A stretch of 64,000 nt of DNA from Planotetraspora phitsanulokensis (lineage in GTDB: Bacteria > Actinomycetota > Actinomycetes > Streptosporangiales > Streptosporangiaceae). Both the position numbers and the translations under genes were made by a program. The stretch lies in contig NZ_BOOP01000035.1 in the NCBI RefSeq assembly GCF_016863295.1, forward strand, positions 37,952 to 101,951, given 5' to 3'. Each line of letters starts with the position of its first letter. Position 1 is the stretch's first letter. The notes below the pieces were generated by a model, which worked only from the letters and a program-made list of their open reading frames with translations, searched no databases and was not told where the DNA came from. Of the stretch, positions 46,308 through 57,169 are shown one piece after another.

Positions 46308-47887
46308 CGGCGCGGTGTGTAGACCACAGGGCCGCCCTCACGTTCGACCACCCGCGTCGTCGAGGACCCGACGAGCAGCAGGCACCGCATGTCGACGGCC
46401 GACGGGTCCAGCTCGCCCAGCGTGGTGATCGTGACGCTCTCCTCCGGCCCGCCGACGTCACGCCCGACGACCACCGGCGTACCGGGATCGCGGTGCTCCA
46501 GCAGCAGGTCGCGCGCGGCTCCCACCTGCCAGGCACGGGTGCGCGAGGCCGGGTTGTAGACGGCCAGCACCATGTCGGACCTGGCCGCCGCAGTGATGCG
46601 GTCCGCGACGACCTCCCACGGCTTGAGGATGTCCGAGAGCGACAGGACGCAGTAGTCGTGGCCGAGCGGCGCCCCGGCCCTGCTGGCCACCGCCTGCGCC
46701 GCGGTGAGCCCCGGCACGATCCGCACGGGCACCCCGGCGTACCTCTCCTCGCCGGCCTGCTCCAGCACCGCGCTGGCCATGGCGAAGACCCCTGGATCGC
46801 CCGAGGACACCACCGCGACCCGCGCGCCCCCGAGCGCCATCTCCAGCGCATGCCTGGCGCGCTCGGCCTCCACCCGGTTGTCGGTGCGGTGGCGGCGCTG
46901 GCGGGGATTCTGCGGCACCCTGTCGACGTAGGGGCCGTATCCGACCAGATCGGTCGCGTCGGCGAGGGCTTCCTGCGCCTCCGGGGTGAGCCACGGGCGT
47001 CCCGCAGGGCCGAGCCCGATGACGGTGACCTGCCCTCCGCGTCCGTCGGCGGTGTGCTGGAGCGTGCTCGCCTCGGGCTGCGCCTGCTCCTGCTCGTGTT
47101 CGGTCGGCCCGGTGTGTTCGGTCCCCTCAGCATGCCCGGTGTGCTCGGGGACGAAGGTCCGCTCGGCGGGGCTCGGGATGAGCGCGAGCGAGAAGTAGGG
47201 AACCTCGGACGGGTCCACGTCCTTCAGCGGGAGGACCCGCTCGCCCTTCGTCGTGGCGCGCTCGACGTACCACGCCTCGTCGAGGCGACCTGCCTCCGCG
47301 AGCGCGTCACGGACCTTCTCGAAGGTACGGCCCAGCTTGAGCACCGCCGCCGAGTCCGTGTTCCGCAGCTTGTCGGCCAGCACGTCAGCGGGGAGCGTCC
47401 CCGGCAGGACGGTCAGCGTCTCGTCCCGCTCCACCAGCGGCCGCCCGAGCACCGCCGACGCCCCGCTGACCGAGGTCACGCCGGGCACCACCTCGGTCGG
47501 GTACCGATGCGCGAGCCGCTTGTGCATGTGCATGTACGACCCGTAGAAGAGCGGGTCCCCCTCGCACAGCACGACGACGACCCTGCCCGCGTCGAGGTGC
47601 GCGGCCAGCCTCTCCGCGCAGACGACGTAGAAGTCGTCGAGCGCGCCCTGGTAGCCGCCGGGGTGGTCGGTGGTCTCGGTGGTCAGGGGATATTGCAGGA
47701 GCTCCTCGACCTGGCCCTCCCGCATGTACGGCAGGGCGATCGAGCGGGCGATGCTCCGGCCGTGACGGGCGCTGTGGTAGGCGATCACGTCCGCCTCACC
47801 GATCAGGCGGGCCGCCTTCACCGTCACCAATTCGGGGTCTCCCGGGCCGAGCCCGACACCGTAGAGCCGACCTGTCATCGCGTTCAC
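46295..47887 (-). CDS. cobIJ: Fused precorrin-2 C20-methyltransferase / precorrin-3B C17-methyltransferase (CobI-CobJ).
   Basis: Two tetrapyrrole-methylase modules ([15 protein letters not shown]...; [15 protein letters not shown]...GDPGVFAM) joined by a His/Glu/Thr-rich linker. Confidence 0.85.
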   Translation of the reverse strand: MNAMTGRLYGVGLGPGDPELVTVKAARLIGEADVIAYHSARHGRSIARSIALPYMREGQVEELLQYPLTTETTDHPGGYQGALDDFYVVCAERLAAHLDAGRVVVVLCEGDPLFYGSYMHMHKRLAHRYPTEVVPGVTSVSGASAVLGRPLVERDETLTVLPGTLPADVLADKLRNTDSAAVLKLGRTFEKVRDALAEAGRLDEAWYVERATTKGERVLPLKDVDPSEVPYFSLALIPSPAERTFVPEHTGHAEGTEHTGPTEHEQEQAQPEASTLQHTADGRGGQVTVIGLGPAGRPWLTPEAQEALADATDLVGYGPYVDRVPQNPRQRRHRTDNRVEAERARHALEMALGGARVAVVSSGDPGVFAMASAVLEQAGEERYAGVPVRIVPGLTAAQAVASRAGAPLGHDYCVLSLSDILKPWEVVADRITAAARSDMVLAVYNPASRTRAWQVGAARDLLLEHRDPGTPVVVGRDVGGPEESVTITTLGELDPSAVDMRCLLLVGSSTTRVVEREGGPVVYTPRRYPS

Positions 47888-48504
47888 TCCTGCTCGCTCG
47901 CGATGGCGTTGACCGCCGCCGCCACCATCGCGCTGCCGCCCCTGCGGCCGTGGACCACCAGAAACTCCAGATCGCTGTCCGCCAGCGCCTGCTTGGACTC
48001 CGCGGCTCCGATGAAGCCCACCGGGATGCCCAGCACGGCGGCCGGCCGGGTAGCCCCCTCCGCGATCAGCTCCAGGAGACGGAAGAGGGCCGTCGGCGCG
48101 TTGCCGATCGCGACGACCGCGCCGCCGAGCCGGTCACCCCACAACTCCAGCGCTGCGGCGCTGCGGGTGGTGCCGAGCCGCTCGGCGAGCTCGGGGACGC
48201 GGGGATCGCCGAGAGTGCACACCACGTCGTTGTCCGCCGGGAGCCTCCGCCGTGTCACGCCCGAGGCGACCATCGCCGCGTCGCACAGAATCGGCGCGCC
48301 GCCGCGGAGCGCCGCGCGCGCGGACGCCACGACGGCGGGCGACCAGGCGAGGTCGTCGACCAGGTCCGTCATGCCGCAGGCGTGGACCATGCGCACGGCC
48401 ACCTGGGCCACATCCGGCGGCATCCGGGTGAGGTCGGTCTCGGCGCGTATCGTGGCGAACGACCGGCGGTAGATCTCGGCGCCGTCGCGTACGTAGTCGG
48501 TCAC
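47884..48504 (-). CDS. cobH: Precorrin-8X methylmutase.
   Basis: GTG at 48504 (RBS GAGGGGAAAA). CobH motifs (IRAETDL; VHACGM; [14 protein letters not shown]). The ORF-track start at 48957 adds an arginine-rich artefactual extension. Confidence 0.8.
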   Translation of the reverse strand: MTDYVRDGAEIYRRSFATIRAETDLTRMPPDVAQVAVRMVHACGMTDLVDDLAWSPAVVASARAALRGGAPILCDAAMVASGVTRRRLPADNDVVCTLGDPRVPELAERLGTTRSAAALELWGDRLGGAVVAIGNAPTALFRLLELIAEGATRPAAVLGIPVGFIGAAESKQALADSDLEFLVVHGRRGGSAMVAAAVNAIASEQE

Positions 48505-49880
48505 TTTTCCCCTCTGGATGCGGGCACGCTCGACACGGCCTCGCTGGATGCGGCTGGGTTTTCGCCGGCCGCGGGATTGCCTGCGGTGCTGAATGCCGCC
48601 ACGGCGGCGGCCACCTCGTCGAGGTCGGAGCACGTACGGCGGTCGCCGCCCAGTTCGACCCGGTATCCCGGGCCGGTCGACACCACTTCGACGACCTGTC
48701 CGCGCGGCCGTCCGCAGCGGCGCTGGCATCCGGCCCAGTGCACGGGCAGTCCGCGCGCGTGAACCGTCGCGTCCGCCTCCAGGGCCGCGTCGGCCTGGAC
48801 GTCGGCGAGCGACTTGGCGCAGCCGGGTCTGCCGGTGCAGGCGCTCACGCCCACCCAGGGCGACGACGGGTCGGCGACCAGCCCGGCCCGGGTGAGGATC
48901 GGCGTCCAGTGGCTGGCCTGGGCGCGCGTCAGGTCCGGGACGACGACCGTCCGCCACGGCGTCAGCCGTACCGACGGCGGCTCGTCAGCCTGCCCTGCGG
49001 CCGCCGCCGCGTCGGCGAGAAGCAGCGCCTGGGCGGCGGACAGCCTGCCGAGCGGCACCACGACCTCCAGGGCGACGCGCCCGTCCCTCTGCTCCATGAG
49101 ACCCGGTCTCCGCACAAAGGCGGTCGTCCGTACGGGAACGGGTGCCGGGCTGCTCACGGGCGCGGAGTCGAGGTGCATGCGTGCGGCGACGCGGGCGGGG
49201 CCGTCCTCGAGATCGGAGACGCGCCACGCCGAACCGCCCTGAGCGGCCCTCTCGTCCAGGAACCCCTCAGCGGCCGCCACCATGACGCCGACCGGAACGG
49301 CCGCCGGAACGACGGCTGGAACGGCGGCGCCACCGGTCGCCTGGACGCTTCCGGCCTCCACACCGGCGAGCAGCACCGTCCATGCCGTAAGCGACCGTGC
49401 GACGAGCGCGACGTCGGCGCCGAGCCGGTTCACGTCGCCGGTGCCGTCGTCCAGAGCGAACAGGAAGCGCCCGGACAACTCCGCCAGCCGTGGCCGGGCG
49501 CACAGGGCCCGGTCCAGCTCGGCGACCAGCGGGCGCACATCGAGCAGGGTCGAGCCGGATCGGCCGGAGAGCGGGGAGGCGATGATGTTGCGCACACGTT
49601 CGTGCGTCTCGGACGGCAGAAGCCCGGCGGCGGCCATCCGCTCGGCGAAGGCCGATGAGGAGGAGAGCCCGCGCACCTGGACGTTCGCCCGTGAGGTCAG
49701 CTCGATGACGCCCGAGCCCAGCTCGTCCGCGCAGGCGGCCAGTTCGCGCAGTTGGGCCGCCGATACGGCGCCGCCGGGCACGCGGACGCGGGCGAGACCG
49801 CCGTCGGCGGCGGTATGGACCTGTAGCGCACCTGGACATGCGTCGAGGTGCGCACGTCCGGAAAAGTCGCCAATCGCCAC
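48501..49880 (-). CDS. cobG: Precorrin-3B synthase (sulfite/nitrite-reductase-like ferredoxin fold).
   Basis: DACPGAL...ARVRVPGG motif near the N-terminus. C-terminal Cys cluster ([12 protein letters not shown]...WAGCQRRCG). GTGA overlap with cobH. Start GTG at 49880 is inferred; the 1411-aa track ORF extends far upstream, antisense to cobN. Confidence 0.7.
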   Translation of the reverse strand: MAIGDFSGRAHLDACPGALQVHTAADGGLARVRVPGGAVSAAQLRELAACADELGSGVIELTSRANVQVRGLSSSSAFAERMAAAGLLPSETHERVRNIIASPLSGRSGSTLLDVRPLVAELDRALCARPRLAELSGRFLFALDDGTGDVNRLGADVALVARSLTAWTVLLAGVEAGSVQATGGAAVPAVVPAAVPVGVMVAAAEGFLDERAAQGGSAWRVSDLEDGPARVAARMHLDSAPVSSPAPVPVRTTAFVRRPGLMEQRDGRVALEVVVPLGRLSAAQALLLADAAAAAGQADEPPSVRLTPWRTVVVPDLTRAQASHWTPILTRAGLVADPSSPWVGVSACTGRPGCAKSLADVQADAALEADATVHARGLPVHWAGCQRRCGRPRGQVVEVVSTGPGYRVELGGDRRTCSDLDEVAAAVAAFSTAGNPAAGENPAASSEAVSSVPASRGEK

Positions 49881-49919
49881 GAACAGGATGTTAACGCCAG
49901 TTATTGCATTCCATCCGGC

Positions 49920-50090
49920 TGCCGTAGTCTCATCGAAGACGACGGCACAGGGAGGAAGCCGGTGCGAAGCCGGCGCGGTCCCGCCACTGTGACCAGGGAG
50001 CGACCCCCATCGCGGGCCACGGTCCGGCTTCGGACGGGAAGGCCGGGGTGAGCGTCGATCTGGGAGCCAGGAGACTCCTGCCGTCGCGAC
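49920..50090 (+). ncRNA. Cobalamin (AdoCbl) riboswitch controlling cobN.
   Basis: GGAAGCCGGUGCGAAGCCGGCGCGGUCCCGCCACUGUGACC (B12 box). GGGAAGGCCGG. 3' GCCAGGAGACUCCUGCC. All are signature RF00174 elements as I recall them. Located 40 nt upstream of the cobN RBS. Confidence 0.8.
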
Positions 50091-50129
50091 ACCCACGACC
50101 GGGGCGAGGACCCCGAGGGAGGAACCCCC

Positions 50130-53100
50130 GTGCGCCCTGAGCCGTCCAGCCCCATGCCGTCCGACTCCACGCCGTCCAGCCCCGTGCCGCCCAGCTCTAC
50201 GCCGTCCAGCCCCGTGCCGTCCAGCTCTACGCCTTCGGGCTTCGTGCCGTCCGACGCCGCCGTGCCGTCCGACGCCGCCGTGCCGTCCGACTCCACGCCG
50301 TCGCCGACCGTCCTGTTGTTGTCGACCTCCGACACCGACCTGCTCAGCGCCCGGGGCAGTGGCGCGTCCTACCGTCTCGGCAACCCCGCCAGGCTGACCG
50401 TCGAAGACCTGCCCGCGCTGGTCGAAGGCACCGATCTGGTCGTGGTCCGGCTGCTCGGCGGGCGAAGGGCCTGGGAGGAGGGCCTCGACGCCCTGCTGGC
50501 CGGGCCGCGCCCGGTGGTCGTCCTCGGCGGCGAGCAGGCGCCCGACGCCGAGCTGATGGAGCTGTCCACGGTCAGCGCCGGCACGTGCGCCGACGCCCAC
50601 GCCTACCTGGCCCACGGCGGCGCCGCCAACCTCGCCGAACTGCACGCCTTCCTCTCGGACACCGTCCTGCTCACCGGCCGCGGCTTCGCGCCGCCCGCCG
50701 CCATGCCGACCTGGGGTCCGCTGGAGCGCACGCCGGGCCGTACGGAGGGTCCCGTCATCGGCGTGCTCTACTACCGCGCGCATCACATGGCGGGCAACAC
50801 CGGCTTCGTCGAGACGCTCTGCCAGTCCATCGAAGACGCGGGCGGCCAGGCGCTGCCCGTCTTCTGCTCCTCGCTCCGCACGGCCGAGCCCGACCTGTTC
50901 GAGACCCTCCGCGCCGCCGACGCGCTGGTGGTCACGGTGCTCGCCGCCGGCGGATCGCGGCCGGCCACCGCCTCGGCGGGCGGCGACGACGAGGCGTGGG
51001 ACGTGGGCGCGCTCGCCGACCTGGACGTGCCTATCCTGCAGGGACTGTGCCTGACCACCAGCAGGCAGGCATGGGACGAGAACGACGACGGGCTCTCCCC
51101 TCTCGACGCGGCCTCCCAGGTGGCCATCCCCGAGTTCGACGGCCGGATCATCACGGTGCCGTTCTCGTTCAAGGAGATCGACGAAGACGGGCTCACCGTC
51201 TACGTCGCCGACCCCGAGCGGGCCGCACGCGTCGCCGGCATCGCCGTACGGCACGGCCTGCTCAGGCACGTCCCGCCGGCGGAGCGCAAGCTCGTGGTCA
51301 TGCTCTCGGCCTATCCGACGAAACACTCGCGCGTCGGCAACGCGGTGGGCCTGGACACCCCGGCGAGCACCGTCAGGCTGCTGGCCAGGCTCGGCGAGGC
51401 GGGTTACGACCTGGGCGAGGGACTGCCCGGCGTGGCCGACCAGGACGGCGACGCGCTGATCCACGCCCTCATCGCCGCGGGCGGCCAGGACCAGGACTGG
51501 CTGACCGAGGAGCAGCTCGCGGGCAACCCCGTGCGCATCTCGGCGGCGTCTTATCGCGAGTGGTACGGCACGCTGCCGGACGACCTTCGCGAGGGCATGG
51601 AGCGCCACTGGGGGCCCCCGCCGGGCGAGCTGTTCGTCGACAGGTCCCGCGACCCTGACGGAGAGATCGTGCTGGCCGCGCTGCGGGCCGGCAACCTGGT
51701 GGTGATGGTGCAGCCGCCGCGCGGCTTCGGCGAGAACCCGATCGCCATCTATCACGACCCCGACCTGCCGCCGAGCCACCACTACCTGGCGGCCTACCGC
51801 TGGCTGGCCGCGGACTTCGGCGCCCACGCGATGGTGCACGTCGGCAAGCACGGCAACCTGGAGTGGCTGCCCGGCAAGTCGGCCGGCATGTCGGCGGCGT
51901 GCGGCCCCGACGCGGCGCTCGGCGACCTGCCGCTGGTCTACCCGTTCCTGGTCAACGACCCGGGAGAGGGCACGCAGGCCAAGCGGCGTACCCACGCGGT
52001 GCTGGTGGACCACATGGTGCCGCCGATGGCCCGCGCGGAGACGTACGGCGACATCGCACGCCTCGAACAACTCCTGGACGAGCACGCCTCGATCGCCGCG
52101 ATGGACCCGGCCAAGCTGCCGGCGATCCGAGCGCAGATCTGGACGCTGATCCAGGCGGCGAGGCTCGACCACGACCTCGGGCTGGACGACCGGCCGCACG
52201 ACACCGAGTTCGACGACTTCCTGCTGCACGTCGACGGCTGGCTCTGCGAGGTCAAGGACGCGCAGATCCGCGATGGTCTGCACGTCCTGGGCGAGGCGCC
52301 GGTCGGAAAGGTACGCGTCGACCTGGTTCTGGCGATGTTGCGGGCCCGGCAGATGTGGGCCGGCAGGCAGACCCTGCCCGGTCTGCGTGAGGCGCTCGGC
52401 CTGGCCGAGGACGGCAGCGAGGGACTGGCGAGCGTCGACCGGGCGGAGACGCTGGCCCGTGCCCTGGTCGAGGGGATGGAGGAGCGCGGCTGGGAACCGT
52501 CCGAGGTCCGCGACGTCGCCGCGGCGGTCCTGGCCGACACGACCCGCGGCGACACAACCCACAGCGGGGCGGTCCTGGCCGGCACGCTCACCGGCGACGC
52601 GACCCCTGACAGCGAGGCTCCCGGCTCGGCGGAGGAGGCCCGCCGAAAGCTCGTCGAACAGGTTCTGACGTTCGCCGCCACCGAGGTGGTGCCCCGGCTC
52701 GCACGGACGACCGACGAGCTCGACCACCTCCTCCACGCCCTGAACGGCGGCTACGTCCCCGCGGGTCCGAGCGGCTCCCCGCTCCGCGGCCTGATCAACG
52801 TGCTGCCGACCGGCCGGAACTTCTACTCGGTCGACCCCCGCGCGGTGCCCAGCAGGCTGGCCTGGGAGACCGGCCAGGCGATGGCCGAGTCACTGCTCGA
52901 GCGCTATCGCACGGACACGGGCGACTGGCCGCGCTCGGTCGGCCTGTCGGTCTGGGGGACCAGCGCGATGCGCACCGCCGGAGACGACGTCGCCGAGGTG
53001 CTCGCACTGCTCGGGGTCCGCCCCGAATGGGACGAGGCCTCGCGCCGGGTGACCCGGCTCGAACCGATCCCCCTCGAGGAGCTCGGCCGTCCCCGCATCG

Positions 53101-54002
53101 ACGTCACCGTCCGGATCAGCGGCTTCTTCCGCGACGCGTTCCCGCACGTGGTCGCGATGCTCGACGACGCCGTGCGGATGGTCGCCGCGCTCGAGGAGTC
53201 CGACGAGGACAACTACGTCCGCGCCCATGTCACCGCCGACCAGGCCACGCACGGCGACTCCCGCAGGGCCACGATGCGGATCTTCGGTTCCCGTCCGGGA
53301 GCGTACGGCGCCGGGCTGCTGCCCCTCATCGACAGCGGCAACTGGCGCGACGACGCCGACCTCGCCGAGGTCTACGCCGTCTGGGGCGGCTTCGCCTACG
53401 GTCGCGACCTCGACGGCGTCCCCGCGCGGACCGACATGGAGAGCGCATACCGCCGGATCGCCGTGGCCGCCAAGAACGTCGACACCCGCGAGCACGACAT
53501 CGCGGACTCCGACGACTACTTCCAGTACCACGGCGGCATGGTCGCGACGGTCCGCGCCCTCACTGGTACGGCTCCCGCCGCCTACGTCGGCGACAGCACC
53601 CGCCCGGACGCGGTGCGCACGCGCACCCTGTCCGAGGAGACCTCGCGCGTCTTCCGCGCCAGGGTCGTCAACCCCAACTGGCTGGCCGCGATGCGGCGGC
53701 ACGGGTACAAGGGCGCGTTCGAGCTGGCCGCGACCGTCGACTACCTGTTCGGCTACGACGCCACGACAGGCGTGATCGCCGACTGGATGTACGACAAGCT
53801 GACCGAGACGTACGTGCTCGACCCCGAGAACCAGGCGTTCATGGCGAAGTCGAACCCGTGGGCGCTGCACGGGATCGCCGAGCGCCTGCTGGAGGCGGCA
53901 GAGCGCGGCATGTGGGAGCACCCGGATCCGGAGATCCTGCGCGACCTCCAGGAGGTCTACCTCAAGACGGAAGGAGACCTGGAGGACGGCGGCTCGGCCT
54001 GA
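50130..54002 (+). CDS. cobN: Cobaltochelatase large subunit CobN, with an atypical Pro/Ser-rich N-terminal extension.
   Basis: GTG at 50130 (RBS GAGGGAGGA). CobN-wide similarity as recalled (...HVGKHGNLEWLPGK...). First about 60 aa are low-complexity (PSSPVP/VPSDAA repeats). Confidence 0.9.
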   Translation: MRPEPSSPMPSDSTPSSPVPPSSTPSSPVPSSSTPSGFVPSDAAVPSDAAVPSDSTPSPTVLLLSTSDTDLLSARGSGASYRLGNPARLTVEDLPALVEGTDLVVVRLLGGRRAWEEGLDALLAGPRPVVVLGGEQAPDAELMELSTVSAGTCADAHAYLAHGGAANLAELHAFLSDTVLLTGRGFAPPAAMPTWGPLERTPGRTEGPVIGVLYYRAHHMAGNTGFVETLCQSIEDAGGQALPVFCSSLRTAEPDLFETLRAADALVVTVLAAGGSRPATASAGGDDEAWDVGALADLDVPILQGLCLTTSRQAWDENDDGLSPLDAASQVAIPEFDGRIITVPFSFKEIDEDGLTVYVADPERAARVAGIAVRHGLLRHVPPAERKLVVMLSAYPTKHSRVGNAVGLDTPASTVRLLARLGEAGYDLGEGLPGVADQDGDALIHALIAAGGQDQDWLTEEQLAGNPVRISAASYREWYGTLPDDLREGMERHWGPPPGELFVDRSRDPDGEIVLAALRAGNLVVMVQPPRGFGENPIAIYHDPDLPPSHHYLAAYRWLAADFGAHAMVHVGKHGNLEWLPGKSAGMSAACGPDAALGDLPLVYPFLVNDPGEGTQAKRRTHAVLVDHMVPPMARAETYGDIARLEQLLDEHASIAAMDPAKLPAIRAQIWTLIQAARLDHDLGLDDRPHDTEFDDFLLHVDGWLCEVKDAQIRDGLHVLGEAPVGKVRVDLVLAMLRARQMWAGRQTLPGLREALGLAEDGSEGLASVDRAETLARALVEGMEERGWEPSEVRDVAAAVLADTTRGDTTHSGAVLAGTLTGDATPDSEAPGSAEEARRKLVEQVLTFAATEVVPRLARTTDELDHLLHALNGGYVPAGPSGSPLRGLINVLPTGRNFYSVDPRAVPSRLAWETGQAMAESLLERYRTDTGDWPRSVGLSVWGTSAMRTAGDDVAEVLALLGVRPEWDEASRRVTRLEPIPLEELGRPRIDVTVRISGFFRDAFPHVVAMLDDAVRMVAALEESDEDNYVRAHVTADQATHGDSRRATMRIFGSRPGAYGAGLLPLIDSGNWRDDADLAEVYAVWGGFAYGRDLDGVPARTDMESAYRRIAVAAKNVDTREHDIADSDDYFQYHGGMVATVRALTGTAPAAYVGDSTRPDAVRTRTLSEETSRVFRARVVNPNWLAAMRRHGYKGAFELAATVDYLFGYDATTGVIADWMYDKLTETYVLDPENQAFMAKSNPWALHGIAERLLEAAERGMWEHPDPEILRDLQEVYLKTEGDLEDGGSA

Positions 54003-54192
54003 GCGCAGCGCGCCCGCGGACGCCCTCCCCGAGGGCCTCGCACCGACGAACCTGCAGGTGAGCACCGGCGGGCCCGTCGGTGCTCACGGGTGGGCCAGCA
54101 GGCGGGCCTGCCCGGGGTCACAGGCGGGCCTCCCGGGGTCGCAGGTGGGCCCGCCTGGGGTCACAGCCGGCGCGTCGGCTGTGACCGCCTGC

Positions 54193-54795
54193 CTACCATT
54201 CGATGCCCTTCTGGCCCTTCTGACCGGCGTCCATCGGGTGGCGGACCTTGCCCATCTCGGTCACCAGGTCGGCCGCCTCGAGGAGCCTGTCCGGAGCGTC
54301 CCTGCCGGTGATGACGACGTGCTGGCTGCCCGGCCTGGCGGCGAGCGTCTCCAGCACGTCGTCCAGGTCCAGCCAGCCCCACTTGAGGGGATACGTGAAC
54401 TCGTCGAGCACGTAGAACCGGTACGTCTCCGCCGCGAGGTCGCGCTTGATCTGTTCCCAGCCCTCGCGGGCGTCGGCGGCGTGATCCTCCTCGGTGCCGG
54501 GACGCTGGATCCAGGACCAGCCCTCGCCCATCTTGTGCCAGGTCACCGGGCCGCCCTCGCCGGTCGCGCCCAGCACAGTGAGCGCGCGCTCCTCGCCGAT
54601 GCGCCACTTGGCCGATTTCACGAACTGGAACACGCCGATCGGCCACCCCTGGTTCCAGGCGCGCAGGGCCATGCCGAACGCCGCCGTCGACTTGCCCTTG
54701 CCGGGACCGGTGTGGACCATCAGCAGCGGCCGGGTGCGCCGCTGCCGCGTGGTGAGGCCGTCGTCGGGGACGCTGGCCGGCTTGCCCTGCGGCAT
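54193..54795 (-). CDS. cobO: Cob(I)yrinic acid a,c-diamide adenosyltransferase.
   Basis: ATG at 54795 (MPQGKPASVPDDGLTTRQRRTRPLLMVHTGPGKGKSTAAFG...). P-loop present. The upstream in-frame 81-codon extension is low-complexity and unlikely. Confidence 0.8.
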   Translation of the reverse strand: MPQGKPASVPDDGLTTRQRRTRPLLMVHTGPGKGKSTAAFGMALRAWNQGWPIGVFQFVKSAKWRIGEERALTVLGATGEGGPVTWHKMGEGWSWIQRPGTEEDHAADAREGWEQIKRDLAAETYRFYVLDEFTYPLKWGWLDLDDVLETLAARPGSQHVVITGRDAPDRLLEAADLVTEMGKVRHPMDAGQKGQKGIEW

Positions 54796-54796
54796 C

Positions 54797-57043
54797 TCAG
54801 ACCGCCTTCCTGTAGTCGCGCCTGTCGGCGGTGTCAGCCCGGATGCCTGCTCGGTGTCCGCCTCTGTCGTCGGGCCGGTTGTCGGGCCGGTTGTCGCGTT
54901 TGTCGCCTCGGTACTCGCGCACCAGGGCGCCCAGGTCCGCCATCGAGTCGAGGGGGACGGTCTGGGCCCGCATCTGGAACGCCAGCCGCCTCGCCAGGCC
55001 GAGCCGCACCGGACCGGTCTCGCAGTCGACGACCACACTCGCCACCCCCTTGAGCAGCCCGGCGGCCCGTTCGACGTCGCCGCCGGACGTGGCGCGCCCG
55101 TCGGTCACCAGGATCAGCAGCGGCCGGCGCGCGGGATCGCGCAGCCGCTCGACCCGCAGGACCTCGGCCGCCCGGGTCAGCCCCTCGGCCAGCGGCGTAC
55201 GGCCGCCGGTCGGCAGCGAGCGGAGCCGGGCGGCGCCCGCCTCGACCGACGAGGTGGGCGGCAGGGCCACGTGGGCGGCGGACCCGCGGAAGGTCACGAG
55301 CCCGACCTTGTCGCGCCGTTGGTAGGCGTCGAGCAGCAGGCTCAGTACCGCCGTCTTGACCGCCGTCATCCGCTTGCGCGCCGCCATTGAGCCACTGGCG
55401 TCGACGACGAACAACACGAGGTTGCCCTCCCTGCCCTCGCGTACGGCTTCGCGCAGGTCGCCGTCCCGGATCACGAGCCCCGGGCCGGACCTGCCGCGTT
55501 CCCGCTGGTACGGCGCGGCGGCGAGCAACGTGCCCGTCAGATGGACCGAACTCAGCCGCCCTCCGGGCACACGGGAGCCCGTGGTCCGGCCGTGCGGCGT
55601 GCGCGCCCGCGACCGCCTCCCCGACGCGCCGTCTCCGATGCCCGGGACCTTCATGATCGGCACCTTGTACGGCCGGCCCGCCACGGCGATCTGCTCAGGA
55701 CCGTCATGATCTGATGCGTTCTGGGACGCCTCGCGTGCTTCGTCCTCCCGCGTGCTGGAGGCCTGGTCCTCCCTGCGTGTCTGGTCCTCTCGGGCCTTGT
55801 GCGTCTGGCCCTCTCGGGCCGCGTCGTCCTGTGCCCCGTCGGCGTGCGGTTCGTCGCGTGTCCTGTCGCCAGGCTCCCCGCCGTCCTGCGCGTTCTTCGT
55901 CTCGTCCGCCGGGCCTGCCGTCGCCGAGCGATCATCGGGGCCGGTCTCGTCCCCCGCGTCCGGAGCGTCATCGGGGCCGTCGCCCTCTCGGGGAGACTGC
56001 CCGCCACCGTCGGGGTCGTCAGGGTCGTCGTCCGCCGCCTGGGACAGCAGTTCTTCCAGGAGCGACTCGTCCAGTCCCGGCGCGTCGAAGGGGTCACGGC
56101 GTCGGCGATGCGGCAGCGACAGCCGGGCGGCTGCGCGGACGTCCTCAGTCGTGACCATGTCACGGCCCTGCCAGGCGGCGTGCGCGATGGCGGCGTTGGC
56201 CGTGACGAGGTCGGCCCGCAGGCCGTCGACCTCGAACCCGGCGCATACGGTGGCGATCTGCCGCAACCGGGCGTCGGGCAGTCGCACCGTTCCCAGCCGC
56301 GCCCTCGCCTCGGCGATCCTGCTCGCCAGTGCCGCCTCCTCAGCGGTCCAACGGGCGGCGAATCCCTCGGGGTCGGCGTCATAGGCGAGGCGTCGCCGTA
56401 CCACCTCGGCCCGTTCCCGAGGATCGCGAGAGGCCTTCACCTCGACGGTCAGCCCGAACCGGTCGAGGAGCTGAGGCCGCAGCTCCCCCTCCTCCGGATT
56501 CATAGTGCCCACCAGCAGGAACCTGGCCGCATGCCGTACCGAAACGGACTCACGCTCGACGTAACAGGTTCCCAGAGCCGCGGCGTCGAGCAGCAGGTCG
56601 ACCAGATGATCGTGAAGGAGGTTGACCTCGTCCACATAGAGCACGCCCCGGTGAGCGGCGGCGAGGAGGCCGGGCTCGAAGGCCTTCACCCCTTCGGTCA
56701 GCGCCCTCTCCAGGTCGAGCGAGCCGACGAGCCGATCCTCCGAGGCGCCGACCGGAAGCTCCACGAGCGCCGCGGGGCGGTGCGCCAACGCGCTTTCCGG
56801 CTGGTGCGGGCCGTCCGGGCATTGCGGATCGGGCGCGTCAGGATCGCAGGAGAACCGGCATCCGCTGACGACCGCGACTGCCGGCAACTGCGCGGCCAGC
56901 GCACGGACGATGGTCGACTTGGCGGTGCCCTTCTCTCCGCGGACGAGCACACCGCCCACCCGGGGGGATACGGCGTTGAGCACCAGCGCCAGTTTCAAGT
57001 CGTCGAGGCCGACGACCGCGCTGAACGGGTAGGTGACGATCAA
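54797..57043 (-). CDS. Magnesium-chelatase-like ChlI (AAA+) / ChlD (VWA) fusion, probably the CobN partner of the cobaltochelatase.
   Basis: N-terminal PFSAVVGLDDLKLALVLNAV and Walker A GEKGTAKST. Acidic Asp/Glu/Gly linker. C-terminal VWA/MIDAS (LVLFVVDASGSM...TDGRAT). Apparent TTG start at 57043 with RBS GGAGGGG. Confidence 0.8.
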   Translation of the reverse strand: MIVTYPFSAVVGLDDLKLALVLNAVSPRVGGVLVRGEKGTAKSTIVRALAAQLPAVAVVSGCRFSCDPDAPDPQCPDGPHQPESALAHRPAALVELPVGASEDRLVGSLDLERALTEGVKAFEPGLLAAAHRGVLYVDEVNLLHDHLVDLLLDAAALGTCYVERESVSVRHAARFLLVGTMNPEEGELRPQLLDRFGLTVEVKASRDPRERAEVVRRRLAYDADPEGFAARWTAEEAALASRIAEARARLGTVRLPDARLRQIATVCAGFEVDGLRADLVTANAAIAHAAWQGRDMVTTEDVRAAARLSLPHRRRRDPFDAPGLDESLLEELLSQAADDDPDDPDGGGQSPREGDGPDDAPDAGDETGPDDRSATAGPADETKNAQDGGEPGDRTRDEPHADGAQDDAAREGQTHKAREDQTRREDQASSTREDEAREASQNASDHDGPEQIAVAGRPYKVPIMKVPGIGDGASGRRSRARTPHGRTTGSRVPGGRLSSVHLTGTLLAAAPYQRERGRSGPGLVIRDGDLREAVREGREGNLVLFVVDASGSMAARKRMTAVKTAVLSLLLDAYQRRDKVGLVTFRGSAAHVALPPTSSVEAGAARLRSLPTGGRTPLAEGLTRAAEVLRVERLRDPARRPLLILVTDGRATSGGDVERAAGLLKGVASVVVDCETGPVRLGLARRLAFQMRAQTVPLDSMADLGALVREYRGDKRDNRPDNRPDDRGGHRAGIRADTADRRDYRKAV

Positions 57044-57169
57044 GGAGTTGCCCCTCCGGTTGACATGGCGATCCGCGGGGAAGCGGACCTCGTCAGCTCG
57101 GGAGACTCGTCAGCTCGGGAGAACGGCACGGTGACTCACGGCGGATCCTCCTCAGGGATGACGCGTCCC

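Noticed and set aside
48501-52736. 1411-aa minus-strand ORF in the six-frame track
   Set aside because: Only the 3' 1380 nt (cobG) shows enzyme-like sequence. The remainder is Arg/Gly/Asp-rich antisense of cobN, a typical high-GC open-frame artefact.
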